DNA from: Macrostomum lignano
Taxonomy: Eukaryota
Direction of reading: 5' to 3'
Assembly (NCBI GenBank): GCA_002269645.1
Contig: NIVC01000806.1
Location: 6,787 to 70,786 of the forward strand
DNA length: 64,000 nucleotides
In this document: positions 23,604 through 33,795 of the stretch, piece after piece
Numbering within the stretch: the first letter of the stretch is position 1
Layout: every line of letters starts with the position of its first letter
Made by a program: the position numbers and the translations under genes
The notes under the pieces: generated by a model
What the model was told of the DNA's origin: nothing
Databases searched by the model: none
Seen by the model: the letters and a program-made list of their open reading frames with translations, nothing else

Positions 23604-23886
23604 GGGCCGTAGCTCAGCGGTCTAGCGTAGCGCTCTGATGTGCCAGCGGCCCAGGCTCGATTCCTAATTCTGCAGTCAAATTCATTTGGGGCTAAATTGG
23701 AATCTCGGCTTGGCTCTGCTCGTGCAATTAACGCCCTTGAGGCCCAACCATTAAGGCACAGTGAAGTGTACATGCCTAACGATAATATAAAGTTAGGGCC
23801 GCTGTACACTCCTGTGCGAGTGTGTGCCTGTGCGTATGACTGCGTACGTATCCGCGTGCTTGTATGCCTGCTCAGGGGAGTCGGCG
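23604..23886 (+). mobile_element. tRNA-derived SINE-like element (head 23604-23665; repeat body 23708-23886)
   Basis: A-box tagctcagcgg and B-box-like ggctcgattcc. Related body sequence occurs inverted at 42258-42396 and 43080-43160, and a truncated head copy at 24445-24476. Confidence 0.6.
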
Positions 23887-23966
23887 TTTGTGTAACAATA
23901 TTGCACAGGATGCTCATAGCCTCTTGCTTCGAATTAAATAAAGGCCTTCCTACCTCTCCTTGGCAG

Positions 23967-24296
23967 CCCTACCGTCTGCTGCCCTACTTCGAGCCCGTAT
24001 TTGTAGACGGAGTCGGCAAATGCGGCATCCGATTCGATTCGGATCGGAATCTGGCCAGGTTGAGCAGCCCGGTGCCCGTGCTGATCATTCACGCCCAGGA
24101 CGATCGGGTGGTGCCCATAGAGCTGGGCAGACAGCTCAGAGACTATCTGAACACGGCACGGGGTGGCGCCGATATTAGCGCCGTTCGTTTCTTAGAATTG
24201 CCGGCCAACAAAGGCTACAAGCACACCAGGGCGGTGGATGCGCCAGAGGTTTACGTTGAATTTCAGCGTCTAATTGAAACCACTCGAGGTTTATAG
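23967..24296 (+). CDS. ABHD12: ABHD12-like, exon 5 (catalytic Asp and His; 344 aa in total)
   Basis: PYRLLPYFEPVFVD..GIRFDSD..PVLIIHAQDDRVVPIELGRQL..GYKHT. Acceptor tggcag| at phase 0. The five exons sum to 1035 nt. Confidence 0.92.
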   Translation, partial: PYRLLPYFEPVFVDGVGKCGIRFDSDRNLARLSSPVPVLIIHAQDDRVVPIELGRQLRDYLNTARGGADISAVRFLELPANKGYKHTRAVDAPEVYVEFQRLIETTRGL

Positions 24297-24950
24297 ATTA
24301 TTTATTAGTGCAAGTCGTTACTAATAGTAGTTTTATGAGATTGAAAATTTCTATTTTTATACGGCTCAAAAATAGGATGGATTATTAATTACTGGTTTTG
24401 AAATTTATTGTTTTTACGATTTATAAGAAAGATTTGTAAGTTCCTATAATGCTGTCTAGGGCCGTAGCTCAGCGGTACATAGCTACCGATATGTAGTGTA
24501 AATCTCTTTATTAAATAGCGATTTTTAATAGTATGCTGTTATAAAAATTTTAGAACAAACGGAGAATAAAGAGAATTTTCAGTGATAGTGGAATTGTAAT
24601 TCACTCAGAATAGATTGGTGCTATCTGCCGATATGTATCGTAGGACACTTTGTTCGGGCGTATACGGATTTTTTTTCAAATTTCGTTTCTCAGAAATTTT
24701 CGAGCTAAATAATTAATTTTCTCGCGTGAAAATGTTTTTTATTTGCAAATAGGTATTCCGTTTCTATGCTTTGTGCTTAATTTCTCAAAACTAGTGATAT
24801 GTCAAGCAGTGCATAACTATTAGTTATTAATTAATCTAATTTCTTCTTTCACGATTTTTTAAGGATTTTACGTTTTGTCAACTCAATGTTTAATTCCTAA
24901 TTTATGGTTAAAAGCTAAAAAGTAGTAAGCTTAAGCGTTGAAGTTAAAGC

Positions 24951-25326
24951 GGATATAACCAGAAGGATCTAGAATACAACACGGATGTAACCCGAAAGAT
25001 CTAGAATACAACACGGATATAACCCAAAGGGTCTAGAATATAACACGGATATAACCCAAAGGGTCTAGAATATAACACGGATGTAACCCAAAGGGTCTAG
25101 AATATAACACGGATATAACCCAAAGGGTCTAGAATATAACACGGATATAACCCAAAGGGTCTAGAATATAACACGGATATAATCCAAAGGGTCTAGAATA
25201 TAACACGGATATAACCCAAAGGGTCTAGAATATAACACGGATATAACCCAAAGGGTCTAGAATATAACACGGATATAACCCATAGATCTAGAATATAACA
25301 TGGATATAACCCAAAGATCTAGAATA
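24951..25326. repeat. 32-bp minisatellite (ggatataacccaaagggtctagaatataacac)n
   Basis: About 12 tandem units, intergenic. Confidence 0.95.
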
Positions 25327-25732
25327 GGTTTTAATCTCCTTACTTTAGCTTGCCTTGCAAAAGTTCTATAATAGTAGTCATCTATATAACGGTATAGTAG
25401 TCATATAATTGTTTACATTCGATGTTACACCCGTTATATAAGCTATACTGTAGTTGATTTTTGTCACAAAATGCATTGCGCTGTTACATGTACTATGATT
25501 TCCTATTTACTAGATTTTTATATTGCTACAAATACTTTAATTGTTAGCGTTTTATTATCTAATTAGCAAATAAACTTCTAGCAGATTCAATATACTTTAA
25601 GCCATAATAGTTTAAATTTAATTTCGTCAATTTTTCGTGAAATCAATAAAGTCAAAAATTATAGATCGTGCATAATATTATACCTACTATACTTATGATA
25701 ATATTTCAGCTTCTCTCGTAAAAAATCCTGAA

Positions 25733-26161
25733 ATGCGCTTAACAAAGCTACTAACAGTAGCATCATTTGCATTCTGTCTGGCCTCGCTCTGCCAGTGCCG
25801 CTACACGCCCGATTGGGCCTCGTTGGATTCGCGCCCTCTGCCCGCCTGGTACGACCAGAGTAAAATTGGCATCTTTATCCACTGGGGCGTGTTCTCGGTG
25901 CCCTCCTACCACAGCGAGTGGTTCTGGTGGGACTGGCAGGGCACGGACAAACAGAAGGACGTGGTGAACTTTATGAAACAGAATTATCCTCCCGGTTTCA
26001 CCTACGCCGATTTTGCGCCAAAGTTTAAGGCGACATTTTTTAATCCGGACCAATGGGCGGAGCTTTTCGACTCGGCTGGTGCAAAGTACGTCGTGTTCAC
26101 TAGCAAGCATCACGAGGGCTATTGCAACTGGGATACTGCTTATAGTTTCAATTGGAACTCG
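25733..26161 (+). CDS. FUCA: Alpha-L-fucosidase (GH29), exon 1 with signal peptide
   Basis: Signal peptide, then [57 protein letters not shown]. Donor tcg|gtacg at phase 0. Confidence 0.95.
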
Positions 26162-26257
26162 GTACGTTTCAAGGTCGATTTTGTTGTATTTTAAGAAGGC
26201 CTAATTTTTCTGTCTTTTAAAGGCCGAATTTCGTATCTTCAATGCCGATTTTCCAGC

Positions 26258-27400
26258 GTTTTGAAGGCCGATATTTGCTGGGTTTTGAAGGCCGATTGTT
26301 GCAGGGTTTTGAAGGCCGATATTCGCAGGGTTTTGAAGGCCGATTGTTGCAAGGTTTTGAAGGCCGATATTCGCAGGGTTTTGAAGGCCGATTGTTGCAA
26401 GGTTTTGAAGGCCGATATTCGCAGGGTTTTGAAGGCCGATTGTTGCAGGGTTTTGAAGGCCGATATTCGCTGGGTTTTGAAGGCCGATTGTTGCAAGGTT
26501 TTGAAGGCCGATATTCGCAGGGTTTTGAAGGCCGATTGTTGCAGGGTTTTCAAGGCCGATTGTTCCAGGGTTTTGAAGTCCGATTGTTGCAGGGTTTTGA
26601 AGGCCATTTATTGCAGGTTTTTGAAGGCCGATAGTTGCAGGTTTTTGAAGGCCGATTGTTTCAGGGTTTTGAAGGCCGATCGTTCCAGGGTTTTGAAGGC
26701 CGATATTCGCAGGGTTTTGAAGGCCGATATTCGCAGGGTTTTGAAGGCCGATTGTTGCAGGGTTTTGAAGACCGATTGTTGCAGGGTTTTGAAGACCGAT
26801 TGTTGCAGGTTTTTGAAGGCCGATATTCGCGGGGTTTTGAAGGCCGATTGTTGCAGGGTTTTGAAGGCTGATTGTTGCAGGGCTTTGAAGGCCGATTGTT
26901 GCAGGGTTTTCAAGGCCGATTGTTCCAGGGTTTTGAAGGCCGATTGTTGCAGGGTTTTGAAGGCCGTTTATTGCAGGTTTTTGAAGGCCGATAGTTGCAG
27001 GTTTTTGAAGGCCGATTGTTCTAGGGTTTTGAAGGCCGATTGTTCCAGGGTTTTGAAGGCCGATCGTTCCAGGGTTTTGAAGGCCGATTGTTGCAGGGTT
27101 TTGAAGGCCGATTGTTGCAGGGTTTTGAAGGCCGATTGTTGCAGGGTTTTGAAGGCCGATTGTTGCAGGGTTTTGAAGGCCGATATTCGCGGGGTTTTGA
27201 AGGCCGATTGTTGCTGGGTTTTGAAGGCCTATTGTTGCAGGGTTTTCAAGGCCGATTGTTGCAGGGTTTTCAAGGCCGATTGTTGCAGGGTTTTGAAGAC
27301 CGATTGTTGCAGGGTTTTGAAGACCGATTGTTGCAGGGTTTTGAAGACCGATTGTTGCAGGGTTTTGAAGACCGATTGTTGCAAGGTTTTGTAGGCCGAT
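26258..27400. repeat. 24-bp minisatellite (ttttgaaggccgattgttgcaggg)n in FUCA intron 1
   Basis: About 47 units. It explains the VLKADCCR pseudo-ORF. Confidence 0.96.
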
Positions 27401-27743
27401 CTTTGCGACCTTTTCAAAGCCAATTCTCGCTGCATTTTAAACATTGTTTTTTGTTTTACTCCAAGGGACAACTTTTGAGCTATTGACCTCCTAGAGACAA
27501 TTTTACATCCTTTGGAAGAGAAATTCTTTTAGTTAGAAGAATGTGTTTGTTACATTTTTAACAAGTTGTTTATAGTTAATCGACCCCTGGTCCGATTCCG
27601 TGCGTTACAATATTGTCAAACCTATTTTATTGTCAAAATTATCAAATTGGCGCGCTTGTACATGCTCAGTCAGCGGAATGGCATATCAAAATCAGGCTCC
27701 GATGTGAACTCATATTTTCAATGCTTAAAACCTGGATTCGCAG

Positions 27744-28248
27744 AAGCAAGTCGGCCCCAACCGCGACCTCGTTGCTGATTTGGCGGCCGCGATCCGGAAG
27801 CGTCCCGGCCTTCGGTTCGGCCTCTACCATTCCCTGTACGAATGGTTCAACCCGCTGTACCAGAATGACCAGCGCTCCCAGTTCAAGACCAGAGATTTTG
27901 TCCTGTCTAAAACCATGCCGGAGCTGTACGAGTTGGTTAATCGCTTCAAACCTGATGTCGTATGGAGCGATGGAGACTGGGACGCCCCGGCGGAGTATTG
28001 GAATTCCACCGGGTTCTTAGCCTGGCTTTATAACGACAGTCCAGTCAATGATAGCGTAGTTACTAACGATCGTTGGGGCAAAGGTGTCATGTGCAATCAC
28101 GGCGGTTATTACACCTGTCAGGACCGGTACAATCCGGGCATTTTGCAGCCTCATAAATGGGAGAATTGCATGACTCTGGATAAGCAGAGCTGGGGCTATC
28201 GGCGGGATGCCCGGCTGGCCGACTATCTGACGCCTCAGGAGCTGCTGA
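27744..28248 (+). CDS. FUCA: Alpha-L-fucosidase, exon 2
   Basis: [64 protein letters not shown]. Acceptor cgcag| and donor a|gtgagt (phase 1). Confidence 0.94.
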
Positions 28249-28430
28249 GTGAGTAGGCCTGATTGTAATTGATCATTTTAGTGCCCTGATTTGACGTCGG
28301 TATATTGACTCTTGATTTCTTGCTCTTTGAAGTCACGTGACTTAGTTTACTTTAGTTGGGTCTAACGTAACCTGCTCCGTTGACTTTGGTGTCACGTGAC
28401 TGCATTCTCCATAGTTTTTTATAGTTGTTT

Positions 28431-29797
28431 GTCACGTGACCTCATAGATTGCTGTAGTTGTGTGTGGCACGTGACCTCATAGATTGCTGTAGTTGTGTGT
28501 GGCACGTGACCTCATAAATTGCTGTAGTTGTGTGTGTCACGTGACCTCATAGATTGCTGTAGTTGTGTGTGTCACGTGACCTCATAGATTGCTGTAGTTG
28601 TGTGTGTCACGTGACCTCATGGATTGCTGTAGTTGTGTGTGTCACGTGACCTCATAGATTGCTGTAGTTGTGTGTGTCACGTGACCTCATGGATTGCTGT
28701 AGTTGTGTGTGTCACGTGACCTCATAGATTGCTGTAGTTGTGTGTGTCACGTGACCTCATGGATTGCTGTAGTTGTGTGCGTCACGTGACCTCATAGATT
28801 GCTGTAGTTGTGTGTGTCACGTGACCTCATAGATTGCTGTAGTTGTGTGTGTCACGTGACCTCATGGATTGCTGTAGTTGTGTGTGTCACGTGACCTCAT
28901 AGATTGCTGTAGTTGTGTGTGTCACGTGACCTCATGGATTGCTGTAGTTGTGTGCGTCACGTGACCTCATAGATTGCTGTAGTTGTGTGTGTCACGTGAC
29001 CTCATGGATTTCTGTAGTTGTGTGTGTCACGTGACTTCATAGATTGCTGTAGTTGTGTGTGTCACGTGACCTCATGGATTGCTGTAGTTGTGTGTGTCAC
29101 GTGACCTCATGGATTGCTGTAGTTGTATGCGTCACGTGACCTCATAGATTGCTGTAGTTGTGTGTGTCACGTGACCTCATGGATTGCTGTAGTTGTGTGT
29201 GTCACGTGACCTCATAGATTGCTGTAGTTGTGTGTGTCACGTGACCTCATGGATTGCTGTAGTTGTGTGTGTCACGTGACCTCATGGATTGCTGTAGTTG
29301 TGTGTGTCACGTGACCTCATAGATTGCTGTAGTTGTGTGTGTCACGTGACCTCATGGATTGCTGTAGTTGTGTGCGTCACGTGACCTCATAGATTGCTGT
29401 AGTTGTGTGTGTCACGTGACCTCATGGATTTCTGTAGTTGTGTGTCACGTGACTTCATAGATTGCTGTAGTTGTGTGTGTCACGTGACCTCATGGATTGC
29501 TGTAGTTGTGTGTGTTACGTGACCTCATGGATTGCTGTAGTTGTATGCGTCACGTGACCTCATAGATTGCTGTAGTTGTGTGTGTCACGTGACCTCATGG
29601 ATTGCTGTAGTTGTGTGTGTCACGTGACCTCATAGATTGCTGTAGTTGTGTGTGTCACGTGACCTCATGGATTGCTGTAGTTGTGTGTGTCACGTGACCT
29701 CATGGATTGCTGTAGTTGTGTGTGTCACTTGACCTCATGGATTGCTGTAGTTGTGTGTGTCACGTGACCTCATGGATTGCTGTAGTTGTGTGTGTCA
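28431..29797. repeat. 35-bp minisatellite containing the palindrome GTCACGTGAC (E-box/CLEAR consensus) in FUCA intron 2
   Basis: 39 units of gtcacgtgacctcat(a/g)gattgctgtagttgtgtgt, 35 of them with the perfect 10-mer. Two further isolated copies lie at 28332 and 28391. Confidence 0.96.
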
Positions 29798-29823
29798 CTA
29801 CTAGATGTTCTCTCCCCCCACAG

Positions 29824-30308
29824 GCACCCTAGCAACCACAATCAGCTGCGGCGGCAACCTGCTAGTTAACGTCGGTCCAACAGCCGACGGCACAATCGAC
29901 CCGGTGATGGAGGAGCGGCTCAGGCAACTGGGCAGCTGGCTCAGAACCAACGGCGAAGCGGTGTACAACTCGACACCCTGGAGTAGGCAGAATGACACCG
30001 CCACCAGCGGAGTGTGGTACACACAGCGGGCCGGCTCTGTGTACGCCTTCTTGCTGACCTGGCCGGCTAACGATCGGCTGTTGCTAGGCTCCGTTGCCAT
30101 GGCAACCAATGTCACCCTTTTGGGTCATCCGAAGCGACCGGCATTTTCAGCTACGCCGAAGGGTTTGTCGGTGGCTCTGCCAAGTCTGGATGGCACAGGG
30201 CTGCGCTGGGCTTGGGTGCTGCGGCTCGACGGAGTGAAGCCTCCAAAGTCAGCGGAGCGGCCGCGCATCTTCGAGCCGATGCCGAATAGAGAGTTCGATC
30301 GGCTGTAG
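29824..30308 (+). CDS. FUCA: Alpha-L-fucosidase, exon 3 (472 aa in total)
   Basis: Joins as ELL-S-TLATTISCGGNLLVNVGPTADG..NGEAVYNSTPW..VWYT. Acceptor cacag|. The three exons sum to 1419 nt. Confidence 0.94.
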
Positions 30309-30384
30309 ATTGGGAAGCAGAGTTGGGGACTGTTGGTGACTCTTTTTATATACTGTGCGATTGCCATTGTCACTCTTGCAATAC

Positions 30385-30875
30385 GGTTTTCACTCCAGGT
30401 CTGTCACTCTGATATTGTCACTGCGATTGTCACTCTAAGATTGTCACTCTGAGATTTTCACTCTGAAATTGTCACTCTGAGATTGTCACGCTAAGTTTGT
30501 CACTCTGAGATTGTCACTCTGAGATTGTCACTCTAAGCTTGTCACTCTAAGCTTGTCACTCTGAGATTGTCACGCTAAGTTTGTCACTATGAGATTGTCA
30601 CTCTAAGATTGTCACTCTAAGCTTGTCACTCTGAGATTGTCACTAAGATTTTCACTCTAAGATTGTCACTCTAAGCTTGTCACTCTGAGATTGTCACTAA
30701 GATTTTCACTCTAAGATTGTCACTCTAAAATTATCACTCTGAGATTGTCACTCTAAGCTTGTCACTCTGAGATTGTCACGCTAAGTTTGTCACTCTGATA
30801 TTGTCACTAATTTTGTCACTCTGAGATTGTCAGTAAGATTGTCACTCTGAGATTGTCACTCTGGGATTTTCACTG
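30385..30875. repeat. 14-bp minisatellite (gattgtcactctga)n
   Basis: About 35 imperfect units downstream of the FUCA stop codon. Confidence 0.92.
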
Positions 30876-31638
30876 AAGTTTTTTATTACGAGTATCCCTT
30901 CTTGATTCTCATTTATTAATTTTTCCACTCTTCACGTATGTTTGTCACTCCGGAACTTTTACTTCGAGATTGTCACTCTCGCGTATTTTTATTCCAGGTC
31001 ACTCTCGTGGTTTGAAGCCAAATGCGATCAGACTGCACTTGTAGCAGTTCAAATTTATATTTGGTCGTTTTTATTGTCAATTTGGCATTACGAATATTAT
31101 TAGTAAAGACGTAATACTCAGACAAACATTCGATTACTTGTATTTGCTCAGGTGACTCAAATCATGTATCACTATTACCGGTACCAGATAATGAATTAAA
31201 GTTTTTATATAATTATACTTGTCAATAAATTGAAAATCTGTGAAGTTGCTTTCATCGTAAAAAATCAATCCTCGTAAAAATTTAATACCTTTTTTTTCTC
31301 AGGTTCTTTATATTTTATTAAATTATTATCGGTTAATGCGTTGCAGACTACTAGGCATCTATGTGATGGTATGCTGCTTCAAATTGAAAGTGCAGTTGCC
31401 GTGACTCTTGAAGCAGTTGTTGGCAAACTTGGCTTATATCTGCATGCCAAAGCAGAGGACAGGAGAGGGGAGAGAGCTGGTCACAACCTGAAGCACATGT
31501 GCATATAGCCTGAAGCTTAGCCCTAAGTCCACTTGCACGCGACTATTTTCTCGCCATAAACTCTTCAAGGCCAACTCGACCGCCACCGCCGCCAACTCCG
31601 AGTCGGATTTTGTCCCTTCGCCAGCTCTCCGCCTAGCC

Positions 31639-32064
31639 ATGTGGACTCTCGAGTCTGTGTGCTCACAGCTGTCAGACGCGTCAGACAGGCGCGACAACAA
31701 TGACGTCACCCTGACTGACGAGCACCTGGAACGGCTGGCCTATCATTTCGGCGCCAATTTGCTGACATCGGCACTCGAGCTAGTCGACTCGGCGGTGAAG
31801 TCGTCATCAACAATGACTCTGATTAGCGCGGCACAATCTGGTCGATGGTTGCACCGGATTTCTGGCAGCTCAGGTGCGGTTTATTACTGCCTGATGGAGC
31901 GCCATTATTGCGCCTGCCCGGCGCACAGACTGGGCGTTGTACGCCGCGCCGAGGCGCCGATGTGTAAGCACGCGCTGGCGCTCCGCCTGGCCGATGCGTT
32001 GCGCCTAATTGGCTCCGAGACCGTTGATGAAGATCAGTTTGATGAGATGCTCAAGCACATGTGA
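31639..32064 (+). CDS. ZSWIM7: SWIM-type zinc finger protein 7 (SWS1, Shu complex), single coding exon
   Basis: SALELVD..TLISAAQSGR..RISGSSG..YYCL..HYCACPAH..MCKHALAL, giving the SWIM signature CxC..CKH. The length of 141 aa matches the family. Confidence 0.88.
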   Translation: MWTLESVCSQLSDASDRRDNNDVTLTDEHLERLAYHFGANLLTSALELVDSAVKSSSTMTLISAAQSGRWLHRISGSSGAVYYCLMERHYCACPAHRLGVVRRAEAPMCKHALALRLADALRLIGSETVDEDQFDEMLKHM

Positions 32065-32204
32065 TGGCAATTCCTCTCTGCTTTGCATTTTCTTCATTTA
32101 TTGCTCATTATGCTGCTCATGTGTTAACCTTCCTTGTTCTGCCTATTTTTGTTCTTTGTTTTCCTTCTGTTGCCCCTCTCTGTCTCCTCTCCTCCCCCTC
32201 TATT

Positions 32205-32709
32205 TCCCTTATTTTCCCATCTCTTTTACTTTTCGTTTTCCCCCTCTTTTTCCCCTCTAAATTCCCCTCTCTCCCCTCACTCCCCTCTTTTTCCCCTCTC
32301 TTTACCCTCTCTTTTCCCGCTCTTTCCCTCTCTTTCCCCTCTCTCCCCTCTTTTTCCCCTCTCTTTACCCTCTCTTTTCCCTCTCTTTCCCCGCTCTTTC
32401 CCTCTCTTTCCCCTCTCTCCCCTCTTTTTCCCCTCTCTTTCCCCTCTCTTTCACCTTTCTCCCCTCTCTCCCCTCTTTACCCCTCTCTCCAATCTCTCAC
32501 TCTTTCCCCCTCTCTTTACCCTCTCTTTCCCCTCTCTTTCCCCTCTCTTTCCCCTCTCTCCCCTCTTTTTCCCCCCTCTTTCCCCTCTCTTTCACCTTTC
32601 TCCCCTCTCTCCCCTCTTTACCCCTCTCTCCAATCTCTCACTCTTTCCCCCTCTCTTTACCCTCTCTTTCCCCTCTCTTTCCTCGCTCTTTCCCCTCTCT
32701 TTCCCCTTT
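32205..32709. repeat. CT-rich pyrimidine tract, continuing at 37094-37325 beyond the LTR insertion
   Basis: Near-pure C/T with an internal duplication of about 120 bp. Confidence 0.9.
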
Positions 32710-32963
32710 TGTTGTATCGTGACTTGACTTGAAGTGCGCAGTGTGGGGCTGCACCCCAATTGTTATTGGCGCTGAGTTTAGGACTGCTTGCTCTCTCCCC
32801 GCCTGCTCTGTCTGTCAATGTACGCTTATGCCTAACCGTCTAATCTATTAGCTGATGCTTTACTCGTATCTGCATGTACATCTATGTGCAATGCCAACTA
32901 CAATAAATAACAACCTCTCGCCCATTTGCGGCTCAAGTTTGGCTAGCCAGCCACGACACGACA

Positions 32964-33794
32964 ATGGCGTCGCAAGCAGCCAGTGAATTACCTCTCAATG
33001 ATCCAGCCATGGCTGAGGCCTGGCTGCAAAGTTTTGAAGCACTGTGCAGGCACAAAAAACTGCGAGATACAAACGAAGAGAAGCAGGTGACAGACCTCTT
33101 CCTTGCTCGAGCAGGAATCAATGCAGTCCGATCCGTCTCTATCATGGCAAAGCCGAAAAACATTGAGGATATGACCTTCAAGGACATCAAGAAAATGATC
33201 ATCGGGCGACTCCAGCCCAAAAAGAAACTGGTGATTGCAGAGCGCACAAGGTTCATGTCCCAGCGGCAGCTGTCAACAGAGTCGGCCCAGCAGTTCGCGG
33301 AGCGCTTGAGAGACGCGGCAAAGCACTGTGAGTTTGACAAGCTCAACGAAAAAGACTGCAAACAGTCAGCCGAGGATGACTTGATCCAAACACTGCTGAT
33401 CAGCGGCTTGTGCGACCACAGCCAGCGGACTAAAACACTTGAGCACATTCAGAGCTCTGAGAATCCAGTGACTCTGGACACGTGTCTGCAGTACATCCAG
33501 CAGTTAGAGCTCATCCAGAGCTACAGCTCAAGCGACCGATCTGCTGAAGCCCGAGAGCCTAGCAGAAGCTCCGAGACGGCTGAGAGTTCGACACCAGTTG
33601 CCAGCATCGACAGGAACCGCAATAGCGGTGCTCAGTGCAGGTCGTGTGGTCTGCAGCACCAGCCAGGCAAATGCCCTGCATTCGGGAAGACCTGTAACAA
33701 GTGCCACCGCAGGAACCACTTTGCTGCAGTCTGCAGGAGCAGCGCCAAGTCCAAGTCGGTTGCACCTGCCCATGAAATCGACACGAGTGAGTGA
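32964..33794 (+). CDS. Gag of Gypsy element 2
   Basis: AEAWLQSFEALCR..LVIAERTRF..Q..ESAQQFAERLRDAAKHCEF, and zinc knuckles CRSCGLQH..C and CNKCHRRNHFAAVC. Confidence 0.92.
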   Translation: MASQAASELPLNDPAMAEAWLQSFEALCRHKKLRDTNEEKQVTDLFLARAGINAVRSVSIMAKPKNIEDMTFKDIKKMIIGRLQPKKKLVIAERTRFMSQRQLSTESAQQFAERLRDAAKHCEFDKLNEKDCKQSAEDDLIQTLLISGLCDHSQRTKTLEHIQSSENPVTLDTCLQYIQQLELIQSYSSSDRSAEAREPSRSSETAESSTPVASIDRNRNSGAQCRSCGLQHQPGKCPAFGKTCNKCHRRNHFAAVCRSSAKSKSVAPAHEIDTSE

Positions 33795-33795
33795 G

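Noticed and set aside
26239-27486. Cys-rich 377-aa ORF (VLKADCCR)n and overlapping ORFs
   Set aside because: Translation of a 24-bp intronic minisatellite between FUCA exons 1 and 2; open in several frames.
28431-29797. CRISPR-like array (palindromic ~35-bp periodic repeat)
   Set aside because: Units are contiguous with no unique spacers, there are no cas genes, and the context is a eukaryotic intron. The same applies to the other arrays.
31340-31709. Minus-strand gene sharing a CATG with the ZSWIM7 start (possible exon DISQVCQQLLQESRQLHF..)
   Set aside because: No convincing donor gives the required phase, and there is no recognisable domain; probably antisense open frames.
32061-32732. 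Hydrophobic Pro/Leu/Ser/Phe ORFs after ZSWIM7
   Set aside because: Translation of a C/T-only tract, which cannot contain stop codons.
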